NCBI RefSeq assembly: GCF_011386835.1
Contig: NC_088810.1
Location: forward strand, 20,584,001-20,648,000
Reading direction: 5' to 3'
Source: Chrysemys picta bellii
Taxonomy: Eukaryota
Length of the DNA: 64,000 nucleotides
A model generated the notes under the pieces. It saw nothing but the letters and a program-made list of their open reading frames with translations. It searched no databases and was not told where the DNA came from. Positions 61,724 through 64,000 of this stretch are shown in pieces (position 1 is the first letter of the stretch; each line of letters starts with the position of its first letter). The translations under genes were made by a program, and so were the position numbers.

Positions 61724-64000
61724 AACTGGTAACTACTAGGTTTTTGTTCCCAGGTCTCGCGGGGAGTTTAGGCTAGTGGTTGGAGGTGGCGGGGACAATG
61801 GTAATCAAACTATTGGTCCAGTCCTGTCCCTAAAATGATTGACACCAGCTAGGTGTCTAGCTCCTTATTCCTTCCAGGCATTTGGGACATCTCGGTGACA
61901 GAAGCTTCTGTATCTTGGTCCTTGATGTAACTCTACTTCCTTTGTTCTTCAGAAAACCCCCTCCTTCTCTTCCTCCCCTATAAACAAGCTGGGGTTGGGT
62001 TTTAGGGGGCTAGGGCAAGGTGCCGGATTCAAAACCCAGGCAGCTGAAACCCTCTGTTTAGCCACAGAACAGGGATCCCCCAAACTCATTACAGGCCACC
62101 GAACGACGATCAGATTCCAGCGAGATGCCTTCCATCCAGTTTTGCTAAGGCCAAGGCAGTGTACCATCTTCTAAGGATGAGACAGGTTGGTTTCTCCTGG
62201 ACACCTGCCTGCCAGAGCGCAGACTAGCATCTTCAGCTCATATAGGCCACTTAGTGATGTTTGTATTGTCTCATGGGCTGGCTGTCAGGACTCCTGGGTT
62301 CTATTCCCAGATGTTGGAGTGTTGGCTCATATTTAGGACACAGGTCTGAGTCAGGACCAATTGTTTCTTCCCCAGCTCCTGAAGAGTGTGGCCTAGTGGT
62401 TAGACCAGGGGATTAGGCTGCAGGACTCGTGGGTTCTGCACTAAACTCTGGGAGGAAATGTTGCCTGCTAGTGAGAATGGGACAGAGAGCCTTTTGTTCT
62501 AGTCCCAGTTCTGCCATTGTCTTGGTATATGCCCTTAGGTGAGACACTTCCTCCCCCCGTCACTGCCTCAGTTTCCCCACCTGTATAGCAAGGGTCATAA
62601 TACTCACCCACCTTTACGAAGGGCTTCGATCTCCCATGGAAAGGCACTAGTTAAATTCTAGGGATGACGGTTGTTATAGGGACAGCTGGAAGAAGGAACT
62701 TAGCCAGTCCTGGCTCCTTCTCAAAGGTTATTTTGTTTTTATCTTCGCAGACAGAGCAGATAGCGAAGAAATATGAAAGAGTCAAGGATGTTGCCCCGAT
62801 GGATGCTGGGCTGAAAGCTCAGATTGGAGACAACGCAAGGGAAATGCCTTTCATTATTAAGTGCGGGTGGAAGAGGAGGAGGGGGCTAGGGAGAGATGGG
62901 ACTGGACAGATCAAAGGACGTAGCAACAAGTCAAACCCCACGTGGGCATCAGGCCATCTGGAAAGGTGCGTCACGTGCCAATTCAAAGGGCCTGAGAGGC
63001 CTGTCCCAGTTAGCAACTTTTAGGGTCCCCTGGATCCGACAGGCAGGAGAAATCAAAGCAGCTGCGTTAACCTAAGAGCTGCATTAGGGCTTGGATGGAT
63101 TGTTCAGATGACAATCAATGCTGAGCATTGGTGCAAAGTGCTGGATTCCCGGATGAAGCATGGGGGTGCATCCGTTGTGAAGCACAGTGTGTGAAGAGGG
63201 CCGGGGAGGGAAGCAATGCAGAAGGGGGGAGGGTCTGATTCTCTGCTGTGCTGCCCCCTGTTCTGTCATTTACGCCAATGCAAACTGAGAGTAAAATGAA
63301 GCTATTCTGGTTCGGGGCGGGGGAATTCTGGCCCCGCTGAAGTCAATGACAAAATGCCCTGTACTCACAAGGTCAGATCCATACGGATAATTTAGTTTTT
63401 AAACTCCCTTGGCAAAGGGGATGGTGATCAAGAGATGGCAAAATTGGTTTTCTATCAGGTAGATTTCGGGGGATTGGTGGATGCGTGGGGGATGGGGCAA
63501 GGACCGTCTCTTTGTTCGGGGTTTGTACAATGCCTGGCACTGTGGGGTCCAGGTCCATGACTGGAGCTGCTAGACATTATAGTAATACAAATAATATATC
63601 CTAATGAAGGACCTAATTAACACTGATCATTTCTGAAACAAGGAGGCCAAATCATCAGCTGTTATAAACCAGTGTAGCTCCCCTGAAGTCAATAAAGCTA
63701 TGCTGATCTACACCAAATCTGGCCCCAAATCTCTATACGATCCAAACACCAGTTAGAGAGGTAACAACTGCACCACTTGTCCAGGCTGAGATTCAAGTGA
63801 TAATGGTTTTGATGTCTGGGAAACCTATTCCTCGTCCACATTACAAAACTGTTCCACAGTGTCTAGGACTCATGTAGTTTCCAGGACTCCAGGTCAGGAT
63901 CGGGCTATGTTGGCAGAATTGGGGGTGGGGGGCAGGCCTGGAATAGCAGAAGGGCTGGGGGTTGAAACTGAGAAAAACTGATAAAACTGAGTGGGTGGGT

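Noticed and set aside
62664-63023. 119-aa ORF with a strong acceptor at 62750, considered as a possible SSR2 or other neighbouring-gene exon
   Set aside because: No similarity to SSR2 (MRLL...ARLLASKS) or any family I recognise.

Overview
Vertebrate genomic DNA, almost certainly turtle (Testudines), judged from tRNA-derived tortoise-type SINEs, CR1 LINE 3' fragments, MIR/CORE SINEs and turtle-style MITEs. The region corresponds to human 1q22. I assembled three complete intron-containing genes by hand, with every intron GT..AG and reading frames intact: RAB25 (minus, 5 exons, 213 aa), LAMTOR2 (minus, 4 exons, 125 aa) and UBQLN4 (plus, 11 exons, 617 aa). The most notable extra signal is an isolated 40-nt first coding exon at 8948-8987 (minus). 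It encodes MRGKDDEYDYLFK, a RAB11-type N-terminus, followed by a GT donor at the conserved phase-1 position. This points to a RAB11-like gene in tandem downstream of RAB25 whose other exons are not in the window. The LAMTOR2/UBQLN4 head-to-head interval contains a duplicated 39-bp minisatellite block. Most long ORFs in the supplied track are artefacts of repeats or GC-rich sequence. No tRNA, rRNA or CRISPR features were found, and no MEX3A or SSR2 exons were recognised.
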